Shown here piece by piece: positions 30,796 through 42,035 of a stretch of DNA of 64,000 bases. Location: the NCBI GenBank assembly GCA_965263355.1, contig CBDHHL010000032.1, forward strand, positions 3,104,001-3,168,000, read 5' to 3'. The position numbers were made by a program, and so were the translations under genes. Origin of the DNA: Leptolyngbyaceae cyanobacterium. GTDB lineage: Bacteria; Cyanobacteriota; Cyanobacteriia; Phormidesmidales; Phormidesmidaceae. A model generated the notes under the pieces. The model was not told the DNA's origin. It saw only the letters and a program-made list of their open reading frames with translations, and searched no databases. Numbering within the stretch: position 1 is the first letter of the stretch; every line of letters begins with the position of its first letter.

Positions 30796-32049
<1,254 letters not shown>

Positions 32050-32586
32050 GGATCTATCAAGGCTAAGATCTCGGGTAAGCCGGGTAAAGAGGTAAGAGTA
32101 AACCGGATGAAGCGTCACCCTTTACCCTATAGCCCTGGGGGCATGGCTGACGCTAGTACTCTTACTCAATACAGCATGCCTATTTTTGGCTTTGACGCTG
32201 CAATAGTAAACGAACTCAATCTTTTGTAAGATATTAACAAATCGTTTAACTTTCTAGAATTTTCTCCTAAGCACTCAATTCTGGACGTTTAGCGATTGCT
32301 CAGTCGAGCCAGGTCTTTGCAATACAGTCTCATCAAAAATCTAGGAAGCCCCAGTTTATCCAATGCTGAGACCATGACCCAAGTGACCATAAAGTTTTAT
32401 ATAGGACTATCTAACCAAGGTAAACAGAATACCTGATCTCAAAGGGCTGAGACTCATACCCATGTAACTAGTGTCAAATCAAAGTATCGTTATGTCAACT
32501 TTGTAGGCCTTTTATCAATTTTGTCAGCCTTTGCAGTCTTTTCTAATAGGCACAAGGTAATATTCTTCTAATAAAGCTTGTAGGTT

Positions 32587-32618
32587 GTCTAAATCTAAAT
32601 TTAATCCTAGATTTAGAC
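32587..32618. promoter_or_regulatory. 11-bp inverted repeat, putative operator upstream of the Rieske cluster
   Basis: gtctaaatcta-N10-tagatttagac, about 40 bp before ATG 32657. Confidence 0.55.
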
Positions 32619-32656
32619 TCTTCAGGTTGTAATTGTGGAGACAATTGTGCCTGGTT

Positions 32657-32926
32657 ATGAATGCTTTCGCAGTTACTCTTGTTGAATTTCTGCTGAAAAC
32701 GATTCAGGTTTACTTTACCGCTGGTTTAGTATTCGCGATTGTTTTCGTGCTGTTTGGTGTGCAGCGTACCGACCATGGTGCCCAGGGATTAGCCCCTTTC
32801 TTTCGTCTCATTATCATTCCAGGAGTCAGTATTTTTTGGCCCCTATTCGCACTCCGCCTAGTGCAGGGCAAACAACATCCCATAGAACAAACAGCCCATC
32901 GGCAAGCAGCCAAATTCATTCGATAA
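32657..32926 (+). CDS. Small two-TM membrane protein
   Basis: Y...GLVFAI.FV..GV.R.D..A.G....FRLIIIPG....WPL pattern. First gene of a four-gene cluster. Confidence 0.75.
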   Translation: MNAFAVTLVEFLLKTIQVYFTAGLVFAIVFVLFGVQRTDHGAQGLAPFFRLIIIPGVSIFWPLFALRLVQGKQHPIEQTAHRQAAKFIR

Positions 32927-32964
32927 CTCACCTAGAAGATCATTAAAAAAATATGGAGGTTCAT

Positions 32965-33189
32965 GTGATTATCTCGCGTCGCAAGATCCATCTCTTTTCA
33001 TCCATTGCTCTGGCGATCATGATGCCAATCATTTTTATTGCCGGGATACTGTTTCGACCTGCTTACACCACGATTACCGCTGACACGGATCAATTAATGA
33101 GCTACTCAACAGGCCATACAATAGTTACGCAGCCATGGAACCAAAGTGCATTTGGACAGGATCCCATCAGCTCACTTCTAAAGCATTAA
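32965..33189 (+). CDS. Small membrane-anchored protein (possibly C-terminally shortened)
   Basis: GTG start after ggagg; MIISRRKIH followed by one hydrophobic helix. Confidence 0.6.
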   Translation: MIISRRKIHLFSSIALAIMMPIIFIAGILFRPAYTTITADTDQLMSYSTGHTIVTQPWNQSAFGQDPISSLLKH

Positions 33190-33497
33190 ATAATAGATAG
33201 GGAGCAACTCCAGCCGTTACAGTTTCATTGGGCCGAGAATCAGGGATTAGGCGTCAGAATTCAGAACATTACTGACGTCTGATTTCTGTTTCTTACACTT
33301 TGGGACAATGTCTGGCTTTAAGCTGTGCTTCCAACAGACAACGTCCCTTTTTCTCACCTGTTTGCAAAGTCTCAGCTAGACGCTCTAGCATAGTGCGTAT
33401 GGTTTTTGATGTTCGCCTTTTGACCATCGCTCAGCATCTGTGGTCTAACATGTGTCCCATCATTAACCGCTCATTTCACCAATGATATCTCCTTGCC

Positions 33498-34571
33498 ATG
33501 AGTGTTTCCTATAAGTCCATTCAGTGGAACCGACAGAAGCTTATCTATGACGCTATCTTGTTAGGGACTGTTGGCCTATATCTTTATATTTTTTTCACAG
33601 TTGCTAGTAAAACAGGAACAGGGTTAGACATTAGAGGGATCGGTATCCGCGCCTATGGGTCCGCTGCCTTTATTCTGTTGAATGTGATTCTGTCCATTGG
33701 CCCCCTTACACGTTTAGATAAGCGGTTTTATCCCCTCTTGTTTAATCGCCGCCATATGGGTGTCACATTTTTCTTTTTGGCATTAATTCATGCCATTGGC
33801 CTCGGTCTACCCCTGATCCCATTCAAAGTAAATGGTGTGCTTACTTGGTATCACGACTTTGGTAATCTCAAACCATTGGTTAGCCTGTTTGTTAGCAACA
33901 TTGAGTACACTGATTTAATTCGCTTCCCCTTTGAAAGTCTCGGAGCCGCAGCTTTAGTAATTTTCTTTGTGATGGCAGCAACTAGCCACGATTTCTGGTT
34001 AGTGAACTTGACGGCACCCATTTGGAAAATACTACACATGGGTGTGTATCTAGCCTATGGTCTGGTGGTCTCCCATGTGATCCTTGGGCCTCTACAAACT
34101 AATCAACATCCTATTTTAACTATTGGTGTGGGCATCAGCTTGGTATGGATTGTGGGTTTACACGTGTTCACCGCTCTGAGGGAAGCCAAAATAGATAATC
34201 AAACAGCTAACAAAACCGACGAAGCTGGGTTTGTAGACGTGGGTAGTGTGGATGAAATTCTGGAAAATAGAGCCAAAATTGTAACCCTGGCAGGAGAGCG
34301 CGTAGCCATCTTCAAATATGACGGCAAACTCTCAGCTGTTTCTAATGTTTGCCAGCACCAGAATGGTCCCCTCGGTGAGGGCAAAATTGTCGATGGTTGT
34401 ATTACGTGTCCCTGGCATGGGTATCAGTATTTACCCACTGAGGGCGCATCACCACCGCCCTTTACCGAAAAAATTCCTACGTTTGAGGTGCGTGTGGTAG
34501 GCGATCGCATCTGGGTTGATCCGCTCGCAAAGCCACCAGGCACCAGGGTTGAGCCAGCTGTAATTGGATAA
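33498..34571 (+). CDS. Ferric-reductase-like (MsrQ/YedZ-type heme b) membrane domain fused to a Rieske [2Fe-2S] ferredoxin
   Basis: NRRHMG..F.LALIH, ATSHD and WKILH..VYLAY.L...H, then Rieske motifs CQHQNG and CPWHGYQY. Confidence 0.9.
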   Translation: MSVSYKSIQWNRQKLIYDAILLGTVGLYLYIFFTVASKTGTGLDIRGIGIRAYGSAAFILLNVILSIGPLTRLDKRFYPLLFNRRHMGVTFFFLALIHAIGLGLPLIPFKVNGVLTWYHDFGNLKPLVSLFVSNIEYTDLIRFPFESLGAAALVIFFVMAATSHDFWLVNLTAPIWKILHMGVYLAYGLVVSHVILGPLQTNQHPILTIGVGISLVWIVGLHVFTALREAKIDNQTANKTDEAGFVDVGSVDEILENRAKIVTLAGERVAIFKYDGKLSAVSNVCQHQNGPLGEGKIVDGCITCPWHGYQYLPTEGASPPPFTEKIPTFEVRVVGDRIWVDPLAKPPGTRVEPAVIG

Positions 34572-34685
34572 AAGGCGATCTTATCAGTATCCCTCAAATG
34601 CTCAGATGAACGGGGATTGAATCACTTCACTAGTAACGTCTTCAACAGTTTCGCTTCAATACCTCAGTATTTTGGATATTCTCCG

Positions 34686-35441
34686 ATGACTCAACGCGAC
34701 GATTTTTATATTGGTTATGCGCCTGTCCCACCTAGTGTGCGGCGCTTGTTGCTGTGGTTTATACCGGTATTGGTGTTATGCGTCTTGGGGGTAGCGATCA
34801 TTGCGCCATCGCTCCATTTTGACCAGGCAAATCCAGGGCAAATTCTAGGTAGTCAAGAGTTTGAAGGGTTATTGCTGGCAGAGCCATCGCCGCACTTATT
34901 GGTGCCGAATCCAGACGCACCGGATGAACCGTTTAGGGTATACCCCCTATCTGGGCTAAATAAAATGGCTCCCAGACCAAACATTATGGAAAACGCGGGG
35001 AACTGGGTAAAGCTGAAGGGGCTTTTGGTGAGTCGTAAACCCTATGAAATGTTAGCGGCTCAATCGGCGGAGGCAATTGATGTACCTGCTGGGGCAGCAA
35101 GAGTAGAAGATCAAACGTTGTCGTTGGGTGAGTTTGCGATCGCAGGTGAAATTGTCGATGGAAAATGCTATCCCGGCATTATGAAACCGGGCCGTACTAA
35201 GACCCATCGTGGCTGTGCTGTGCGTTGTATCAGCGGCGGTGTACCCCCAGTGTTTCGAGCAGGCAGCAAAAACGGCCCATCGCTTTACTTTATGCTTTCA
35301 GACCTGGATGGTCAGGCAGTTAATGATCGCGTTCTGAATATGGTGGCCGACCCGATTCAGATTACGGGCGAGGTTCTCCAGTATGGAGACTTTTTCATTT
35401 TGAAAGCAGATCCAGCTACCTATGAGCGGTTACCAGCATAG
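34686..35441 (+). CDS. Membrane-anchored protein with a Cys/His motif, function unknown
   Basis: DDFYIGY, one TM helix, then GEIVDGKCYPGIMKPG..KTHRGCAVRCISGGVPP. Start set to ATG 34686. Confidence 0.8.
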   Translation: MTQRDDFYIGYAPVPPSVRRLLLWFIPVLVLCVLGVAIIAPSLHFDQANPGQILGSQEFEGLLLAEPSPHLLVPNPDAPDEPFRVYPLSGLNKMAPRPNIMENAGNWVKLKGLLVSRKPYEMLAAQSAEAIDVPAGAARVEDQTLSLGEFAIAGEIVDGKCYPGIMKPGRTKTHRGCAVRCISGGVPPVFRAGSKNGPSLYFMLSDLDGQAVNDRVLNMVADPIQITGEVLQYGDFFILKADPATYERLPA

Positions 35442-35519
35442 TGCCAATTACAGCAAGAGAACGTAAGACTCTCGGTACTGTGTAATAAGCTGAATAGTAG
35501 TCTCACGGAGCTTGCAGCA

Positions 35520-35825
35520 ATGGGACAGTATTATCAATTTGTAAATCGTACACGTCAAGAAGTATCGCAAATCTCGTTACCGTTTAATTTTCGGATGCCC
35601 TATGCCAAGTCTTTAGAGCGGTACGACTCCCAAGAAGTTGAAGCAATGTTTCGCTTTGTAATCAAGCATAATGCTGAGTGGTGTGCAGACGACGAACTGA
35701 TTGCTGAGGGCGATTACGGTGAAGTGATTACGTTTCAGCACAGCGCAGAGCCCAGTTCTAGCTATGGCTGGGAAAGTTATACGCCTGATCCGGTTGAGCC
35801 CAAACCTTATCCTGAGGCTCAATAA
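35520..35825 (+). CDS. Hypothetical protein
   Basis: 101-aa ORF starting MGQYY, preceded by ggag. Confidence 0.6.
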   Translation: MGQYYQFVNRTRQEVSQISLPFNFRMPYAKSLERYDSQEVEAMFRFVIKHNAEWCADDELIAEGDYGEVITFQHSAEPSSSYGWESYTPDPVEPKPYPEAQ

Positions 35826-35850
35826 TTGTTGGCATACTCCCATTGGAGTA

Positions 35851-36516
35851 TGCACGAATAAGAATGAGCGATCGCCCACCTGCGGTGGTTACCATTTCTG
35901 TGGTTGTCCGTTCTTCAATGGGGGGTAAATTTGCCCGACGATCAAAAATTACCAACCACCCTTTATCCAGGTCCAACCCAGCTAAATAGCGATCGATCTG
36001 TTCCAGTCCTCTTTTAAGCGGATCGGGTTTACCCTCGCGCCAAACCTTTAACTCTATTCCCAACGTGACTGGTCCATAACGCAAACATAAATCCATCCGG
36101 CCCGCACCAATGGCATATTCCCGCTCCAGGGTTCCACCGCCATTCACCACCCGATGTAAAAAGGCCATCATTACTAAATGGGGGGCAATCTCGTGATATG
36201 GGGCACTTTTGAGTAAGGGTTCACCATGCTGTCGCCAAAATCCTAGAAATGCATCCAGCAGCTTTACTGGATCTAACTCTCCTGTTGCATTTAACCAACT
36301 AGGGCTGATGCTCGGTAAGCTGTCCTGGGTTCCACTTGCTAGAACGCGGGGAATGATTTCTTTGTAAATCCGGTTTGCGATCGCTAACCCTTCATTGGGT
36401 GTTCGTCTTACTAAACCAAGATCAATCAAAAGTTGACGGTCATCGTCGGGCACATCTCCCAATTCATCGCCGGACAGCATTGGTTCAAGAATGGCCTGTA
36501 TATGAGGTTCTCGCAA
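35851..36516 (-). pseudogene. C-terminal remnant of an AAA-ATPase / PD-(D/E)xK-nuclease-like protein
   Basis: YHEIAPHLV.MAFLHRVVNGGG..EREYAIG.GRMDL....G...GIELKVWR and QIDRYL..L.L..GWLVIFD. No ATPase N-terminus. The frame runs past the expected end (LIRA) into the opposite gene. Confidence 0.75.
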
Positions 36517-36745
36517 TTTTTTAAACGGAACTTCAGTTATGGCAGATCAGGCAGCTGACGTTGATAAATCGTTTAGATTTGTCGACTGCAAAGTTGTTCC
36601 TGATGAGCTGCAGTTTATTCTTCAGTCTGAAACTGAAGCAATTGAATTTATGCCAACAAACAGAAAAAACTGGGAACGTCGTGGACGTATGATCGTATTT
36701 CTGCTCTAGCAAGCATAGATATTATTCTGCCCGCTGCCCATAAGG

Positions 36746-38788
36746 CTATGCCTGTAAATCCGCAAGTGCCCCACGGGCCATATTTGCGATCGCCTTATCC
36801 GTCGCCTTAGGCAGCTGATAATACTTACCCCCTGCCGTTTTAGCAAGCTCCTTACCAAACCCAGTCGAAACAAACTTGCGCTCAGTGTCGATGATTAACA
36901 ACTGAAAACCCGTCATCCGAATCCGCCCAGCAATATCCAACAGCTCAGCCTTGATATCCGGCTTCTCACCTTCTTCCATCGGTTCTCCCAAGGAACGCGC
37001 CAACGGCACATTCCCCCGACCATCCGTAATCGCAATAATCACCACATTACCCGTATCCCCAGACTGCTGTGCATTGGTACCCACCCGCACCGCCTGACTG
37101 AGACCATGGGCCAACGGCGACCCACCCCCACAGGGCATCGTCTCCAACCGCCGTCGTGCCGCCGTAATCGAACGCGTCGGCGGCAACAACACCTCCGCCT
37201 GTTCCCCTCGAAACGGAATCAACGCCACCTGATCTCGATTCTGATACGCATCCGTCAACAGACTCAGCACCGCTCCCTTAGCTGACTGCATACGGTTCAG
37301 TGCCATCGACCCTGAGGCATCGACAACAAACACAATCAATGAACCCGCCTTACGGGCCAATCGCTTCGCCCGAATATCACCCTGTTCAACAATTACTTTG
37401 CGCTCAGGTTGTCGCGCCCGCCGTGCCTTTTGATAGGGAGCCGCCGCCCGCAACGTTGCATCCACCGCAATCCGACGTACCGGCCCTTGCGGCAAAATAG
37501 GCTTAATATAACGACCCCGATCCTCAGAAATCACCAGACTTTGACTGCCCGAGTTGCCCTGCTTACTCATTGTTTCGGCAAACAACAAAAGAGAGGGATC
37601 TAGAACCACACCTTCAGGATCAAACAAAAACTCTTCTGGAATACTTGGAGGAGACTCTTCCTGCTCTTCCTCAGGCTCATCATCGTTGTCATTCTCATCG
37701 TTTTCCTGAGACTCGTCTTGATCATCGTCCTGCTGATTTTCCGGCGGCGGTGGCGGTGGCGGCTGCTCATCCTCCGGTGGCGGCTGATCCTGATTTATAG
37801 CCCGAGGAATAATCACTAGCTCCACGGCCCGACGTAAATCATCTGCATTAATGTCAGTCCGACCATCCAGGGCAGCACTCGCCTTAGCCACCCGCACCGC
37901 AAAAAGTTCCGCTCGATGGCCCTCGGTACCACCCCGAATCGCTTCAGTCACCAGATACTGCACCTGGTCAGGGGTAATGACAACATCCTTCAGCCATTCA
38001 CGGGCCAAAATTATTTGGGTTTTCAGATTATCAATTTCTTCGAGGTACCCAGCTAAGAAACCCTCTGGATCATCAGCATAGTTAGTCGCCTGGTCGGTAG
38101 CCTCCACCCGTTCTTCCATGGTAAGCGCCCGGTCGGCAGAGAGAGCGATCGCAATCCGATCCAACAAATGCTGCCTGAGCGCTCCCTCTTCTGGGTTGTA
38201 AGTCGCCACTAATAAAGGCCTACAGGGATGCTGAAAACTAATCCCCTCACGCTCAATTTGGTTACGCCCCTCAGTCAATGTCCCCAGCAACAGGTTCGAG
38301 ATCTGATCATCCAGCAGGTTAACCTCATCCACGTAGAGCACCCCCCGATGAGCCTCAGCTAATAATCCAGGCTGAAAAACAGATTCCCCCGTTTGAATAG
38401 ACTTGGCCACATCCACCGACCCCAACAAACGATCCTCAGTCACCCCCAACGGAATCTGAATAAAGGGAGACGGAATCACCTTAGTCGGCAAATCATCCAG
38501 ATTGGCAGGGTCCTCACGCTCCCCAAAACGCTCAAGTGTGGCATCATCCCACCCTCGAATATCCGTAGGATCTACATTGGCACAGGAACCATCAACTACT
38601 TCAATAGGGGGCAACAGCTGGTGTAGCCCTCGAGCTAACACGGACTTAGCCGTACCACGACGCCCCGCAATCACCACACCACCCAAACTAGGATCCACCG
38701 CCGCCAACAGTAACGCTAGTTTAATTGCATCCTGACCAACAACAGCCATCAATGGAAAGGTAGTGGGCGTATCCGCGAGGACCTGCAT
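36746..38788 (-). CDS. chlD: Magnesium chelatase subunit D
   Basis: AAA domain ([17 protein letters not shown]), a Pro/acidic linker, and a vWA domain ([17 protein letters not shown]). Confidence 0.98.
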   Translation of the reverse strand: MQVLADTPTTFPLMAVVGQDAIKLALLLAAVDPSLGGVVIAGRRGTAKSVLARGLHQLLPPIEVVDGSCANVDPTDIRGWDDATLERFGEREDPANLDDLPTKVIPSPFIQIPLGVTEDRLLGSVDVAKSIQTGESVFQPGLLAEAHRGVLYVDEVNLLDDQISNLLLGTLTEGRNQIEREGISFQHPCRPLLVATYNPEEGALRQHLLDRIAIALSADRALTMEERVEATDQATNYADDPEGFLAGYLEEIDNLKTQIILAREWLKDVVITPDQVQYLVTEAIRGGTEGHRAELFAVRVAKASAALDGRTDINADDLRRAVELVIIPRAINQDQPPPEDEQPPPPPPPENQQDDDQDESQENDENDNDDEPEEEQEESPPSIPEEFLFDPEGVVLDPSLLLFAETMSKQGNSGSQSLVISEDRGRYIKPILPQGPVRRIAVDATLRAAAPYQKARRARQPERKVIVEQGDIRAKRLARKAGSLIVFVVDASGSMALNRMQSAKGAVLSLLTDAYQNRDQVALIPFRGEQAEVLLPPTRSITAARRRLETMPCGGGSPLAHGLSQAVRVGTNAQQSGDTGNVVIIAITDGRGNVPLARSLGEPMEEGEKPDIKAELLDIAGRIRMTGFQLLIIDTERKFVSTGFGKELAKTAGGKYYQLPKATDKAIANMARGALADLQA

Positions 38789-38930
38789 TTTTTTGCTCTA
38801 ATCGACGTAATAGCCACTCTATCACTGCTTGTTGTTCAGCAATCGTACCGATCAAAAGTAAGCCACTTAAGTAGTGTAAGTGTTGATGTTCAACCTTTAG
38901 AATCTAAAGACCTATGCCTGTGAGTTCCTG

Positions 38931-39497
38931 ATGCCTGTCGCTGTCTGCAAGCTGTTGACCTATCAAGGGCAATATAGCAAGTGCCAAATCAAGGTACCTG
39001 ATGTTGATGCCAAACTACCGGCCATTAAGATTGGTGGTCAGCTATACAGCCTATTTCGTAGATTTGCCGATGCAGACGCTGCCATGAAGGCACTGCAGAA
39101 ATTAGCCCAACAAGGAGATGAACTAGCTTTAACTAAGCAAACTCCTAACAAGTATGTTATGTGGGCATTAGAAGTTGACGCACACATATTCAAAGATCCT
39201 AAACAGGAAGGACAAACATGGCCAACCTGTGGACCTGCTGTCTGCTTGATGCTGGGTGATGCCAAACAGTACCACCAATGTTACGTCACTGTACCTGAGC
39301 TAACCAAACCAATAGTAGCCGTATGGCATGAGCAACGGTTTTACAGTGTCTACCAAACAAGGCTGAACGCCGCCGAAGCACTAGAACTTGCTAGCCAGTT
39401 AACCTGGCGAGGACATGATAGTGCGATCGCAGCCACCGCTAAAGGATATGCTGTCTGCCTATGGGAACCCGAAGCCAACCCTCAAAAATGCCCGTAG
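38931..39497 (+). CDS. Hypothetical protein with two internally similar halves
   Basis: C.(I/V).VP.....(L/I).A......YS motif occurs twice. Confidence 0.7.
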   Translation: MPVAVCKLLTYQGQYSKCQIKVPDVDAKLPAIKIGGQLYSLFRRFADADAAMKALQKLAQQGDELALTKQTPNKYVMWALEVDAHIFKDPKQEGQTWPTCGPAVCLMLGDAKQYHQCYVTVPELTKPIVAVWHEQRFYSVYQTRLNAAEALELASQLTWRGHDSAIAATAKGYAVCLWEPEANPQKCP

Positions 39498-39522
39498 AGG
39501 CATTGTGCTCAATGCCCCTACG
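39493..39522. repeat. Degenerate GTAG-type REP-like hairpin between convergent genes
   Basis: cgtagaggcattg-tgct-caatgcccctacg. Confidence 0.7.
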
Positions 39523-39550
39523 ACCATCGGAAAAAAATAAAAACCTGAAC

Positions 39551-39892
39551 CTAACGTCGACCTGGCAGAATAGGCTGCTCTACAGCATTGCGGAAGCGGA
39601 TAACATCTTCACTAAAATCAATCGGCAATACAGCCACCACATTTTCATGGGGACGAGGAATAATCACCCAGGTCTCTAAAACTCCACCAGGGGCATTTTC
39701 TGCAGCCTCAACACCAGCTGCCATCGCTGCCTTAACCTCAGACACATCGCCACGAATATTGATACAGAAACGTGCACTACCTGCCCGAATATAATTTACC
39801 AATGTGACTCGTCCTGCTTTCACCATCGCATCTGCAGCGGCTAATACAGGGGGAAACCCCTTTGTCTCTAACGATCCTACTGCCTCGGGCAT
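39551..39892 (-). CDS. ccmK: Beta-carboxysome shell hexamer, CcmK4/CcmK5-like
   Basis: BMC domain AVGSLETKGFP..LAAADAMVKAGRV, YIRAGSARF and WVIIPRPHENV..VLPIDF. Confidence 0.93.
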   Translation of the reverse strand: MPEAVGSLETKGFPPVLAAADAMVKAGRVTLVNYIRAGSARFCINIRGDVSEVKAAMAAGVEAAENAPGGVLETWVIIPRPHENVVAVLPIDFSEDVIRFRNAVEQPILPGRR

Positions 39893-40018
39893 TGACGTTC
39901 TCCTTAACTACGAGCCTAGATTGGCTTTAACTGCAACCACGTCTAAGTTGAACCATATTAGTTCCCTGACGGAAAAATTTTAGTTCTGGACGTGAAAAAG
40001 ATGAAATAACTCCAAAGT

Positions 40019-40927
40019 CTATTCTACGGGAGACGCGGGGGCTTGAATAGATACAACGGGTTGCGTTTGCTGAACAAACATTTCAACTCTCGTAAAGTAT
40101 TCTGACCCAGCCGTCTCAGCTACGTTGTTATGCGCCGCTTCTGGAACTAGCCATAGCCGTTTAGGGACGGGCGATATCTCATACAGATGTTCTGACATTG
40201 CAGCGATTGTCGTCTCATCCTGCAGCCCATGAATATATAACACCGGTACCGTCAGGTGAGGGACCTTAGCTATGGAATCAAATCGCTGGGTCAAGATCCA
40301 GTTCACTGGCACCCAGTTATATTGCCCTGTGAATTCAACCGCTGCAATCATAGAACTGAAGGTACTCTGTACAATCAGCCCCGCCGCCGGACGTTGCATC
40401 GATAACTCAATGGCAATTGCGCCCCCTAAAGAATGACCAAATAACCAAAGTTGCTGAGGGGGGATTTCACGGGTTTCCGTTAGATAACGATAGGCTGCGA
40501 TCGCATCTTCATACACCCGCTGCTCATTAGGAAATGGACCTGAACTCCGGCCATAGCCCCGATAGTCTACTAGCAGCACATTAAATCCCATACGCTGATA
40601 GCGGTGGGCTAACCCTAAATTGGACCCAATGTTCTCACCATTGCCATGCAGATACAACAGCGTTAACCCATAGTCATATAATGTTCCTGGCAAACCGGGT
40701 AACCACCAACCATGTAAGCCTCTACCAGGAGACAGTTTGCCCTCTGCACTAAGCCAAACCTCTTCATACTCCAACTGCTCTTCTGCCGGTGTTAACGTCA
40801 CCAGGGAGGAGGGTTTAAAGATCAGCCTAGTTTGATAAAAATATAAACCAACACATATCCCACCATAGATACTAGCTACAACGATGGTTAGCGTCAGTAG
40901 TACCTGATCAACAGTCATTGACAGCAT
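40019..40927 (-). CDS. Alpha/beta hydrolase (ABHD13/Bem46-like) with N-terminal TM
   Basis: YLHGNGEN, DYRGYGRS, GHSLGG, HGLQD and HNN. Start set at 40927 (or 40918). Confidence 0.9.
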   Translation of the reverse strand: MLSMTVDQVLLTLTIVVASIYGGICVGLYFYQTRLIFKPSSLVTLTPAEEQLEYEEVWLSAEGKLSPGRGLHGWWLPGLPGTLYDYGLTLLYLHGNGENIGSNLGLAHRYQRMGFNVLLVDYRGYGRSSGPFPNEQRVYEDAIAAYRYLTETREIPPQQLWLFGHSLGGAIAIELSMQRPAAGLIVQSTFSSMIAAVEFTGQYNWVPVNWILTQRFDSIAKVPHLTVPVLYIHGLQDETTIAAMSEHLYEISPVPKRLWLVPEAAHNNVAETAGSEYFTRVEMFVQQTQPVVSIQAPASPVE

Positions 40928-40981
40928 TATCCCCAAAATCGACTTAAATTCAACGGACACAGGGGTTATCGTCATGCACCC

Positions 40982-41011
40982 AAAAAAGAAGGCGCTCTGT
41001 ACAGCGCCTTC
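40982..41011 (-). terminator. Intrinsic terminator after the LprI-domain gene
   Basis: Minus strand reads gaaggcgct-gtacag-agcgccttc-tttttt. Confidence 0.8.
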
Positions 41012-41022
41012 ACACAAACTTT

Positions 41023-41832
41023 TTATAAGGACCATTCTTCTTTCAGGGTCTCTAGCTGCCAGAGACGAGTCTCAGTGACTGCAGCCAAGCAAGCATTAAT
41101 ATCTGGCTTAGAGGGTAGGTTCGCTTCATAGTCACAATGGGCATCACGATAGTCTAGCCAAGAGAGCTGTACATCAACCAACGCCTCACCTGCAGCCTCA
41201 GTCGCTAACGCTTGAACAGCCTGGTAAACGTCGTTAAGCTGCGCATCGGCATCTACTAAACGCGTATCAGTCTTTACGGTTTGGCGCAGTTCGGCAATAC
41301 GATTATCGGTAATCTGCTCCATACAAGTCGCATGAATCAATGGAGCTATCGAGCCGCCCTCAAAACGATTACTCTCAAAGGTACACTCAGCATCACGAAA
41401 AACGATCCAGCGTTCTTCAGCCTGAGTCAGCCGAGCTTTGGCAGCATCATCCAACCCCTGACGTACCGACTGATAGACTTGATTTAGCTCTTTATCTGAG
41501 ATCGCGTAGTTTTCAGCCGCGCACTGGTTTATTTCTTGTTGAGTGGCCAGTTGCCCACAGTCCTTTTTAGCCAGGGCAACGGGTGAAACCGGCTCCGGTG
41601 CAGCAGGTTCAATGTCAGAGGGAGCAACCGCAGGAGTATTCGAAGATGGACGCTCTGACGCTTGACTTGCCGAGGCTTTAGTATCCGTTGTTGATTGAGG
41701 AACCACATCATTGGCCGCAGGAGTTGCTCCAACCGAGTCTTCAGGAGCCGTAACCGGTTGCGCCCCCCCACAGCTAGCCAAGCCCAAGAGCAGTACTAGA
41801 GAAAATAAGTTGAAAAAAGTTGGTTTACCCAT
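41023..41832 (-). CDS. Lipoprotein with tandem LprI/DUF1311 (lysozyme-inhibitor-like) domains
   Basis: Lipobox LASC, and two copies of D..LN.VYQ....L...(E/Q)..W..(F/Y)RDA.C. Confidence 0.85.
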   Translation of the reverse strand: MGKPTFFNLFSLVLLLGLASCGGAQPVTAPEDSVGATPAANDVVPQSTTDTKASASQASERPSSNTPAVAPSDIEPAAPEPVSPVALAKKDCGQLATQQEINQCAAENYAISDKELNQVYQSVRQGLDDAAKARLTQAEERWIVFRDAECTFESNRFEGGSIAPLIHATCMEQITDNRIAELRQTVKTDTRLVDADAQLNDVYQAVQALATEAAGEALVDVQLSWLDYRDAHCDYEANLPSKPDINACLAAVTETRLWQLETLKEEWSL

Positions 41833-42035
41833 GGTCACATGACGCCAGCTCACTCCATTGGAGTGTAGCGCAACCAATGATCTAGCTAGGCAAAATCTAA
41901 AGATTATTCAGCGGTTCGCATAGGGAGCCGATTGAACACTATAGGTTAAGCGAAGTACATAGCTGTTGGGCGGACACGATCCCCCGTTCTACTCTCCCTG
42001 TCTCCTTTATTATTGCCTCACCTGCCTACCAGTCT

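Noticed and set aside
33300..33485. 61-aa ORF inside the Rieske cluster
   Set aside because: TTG start, no RBS and no recognisable features.
36530..36645. Hammerhead-ribozyme-like words (ctgatgag ... gaaac)
   Set aside because: Stem II does not close next to GAAA and no stem I can be formed. cttcagt/actgaag is a simple local hairpin.
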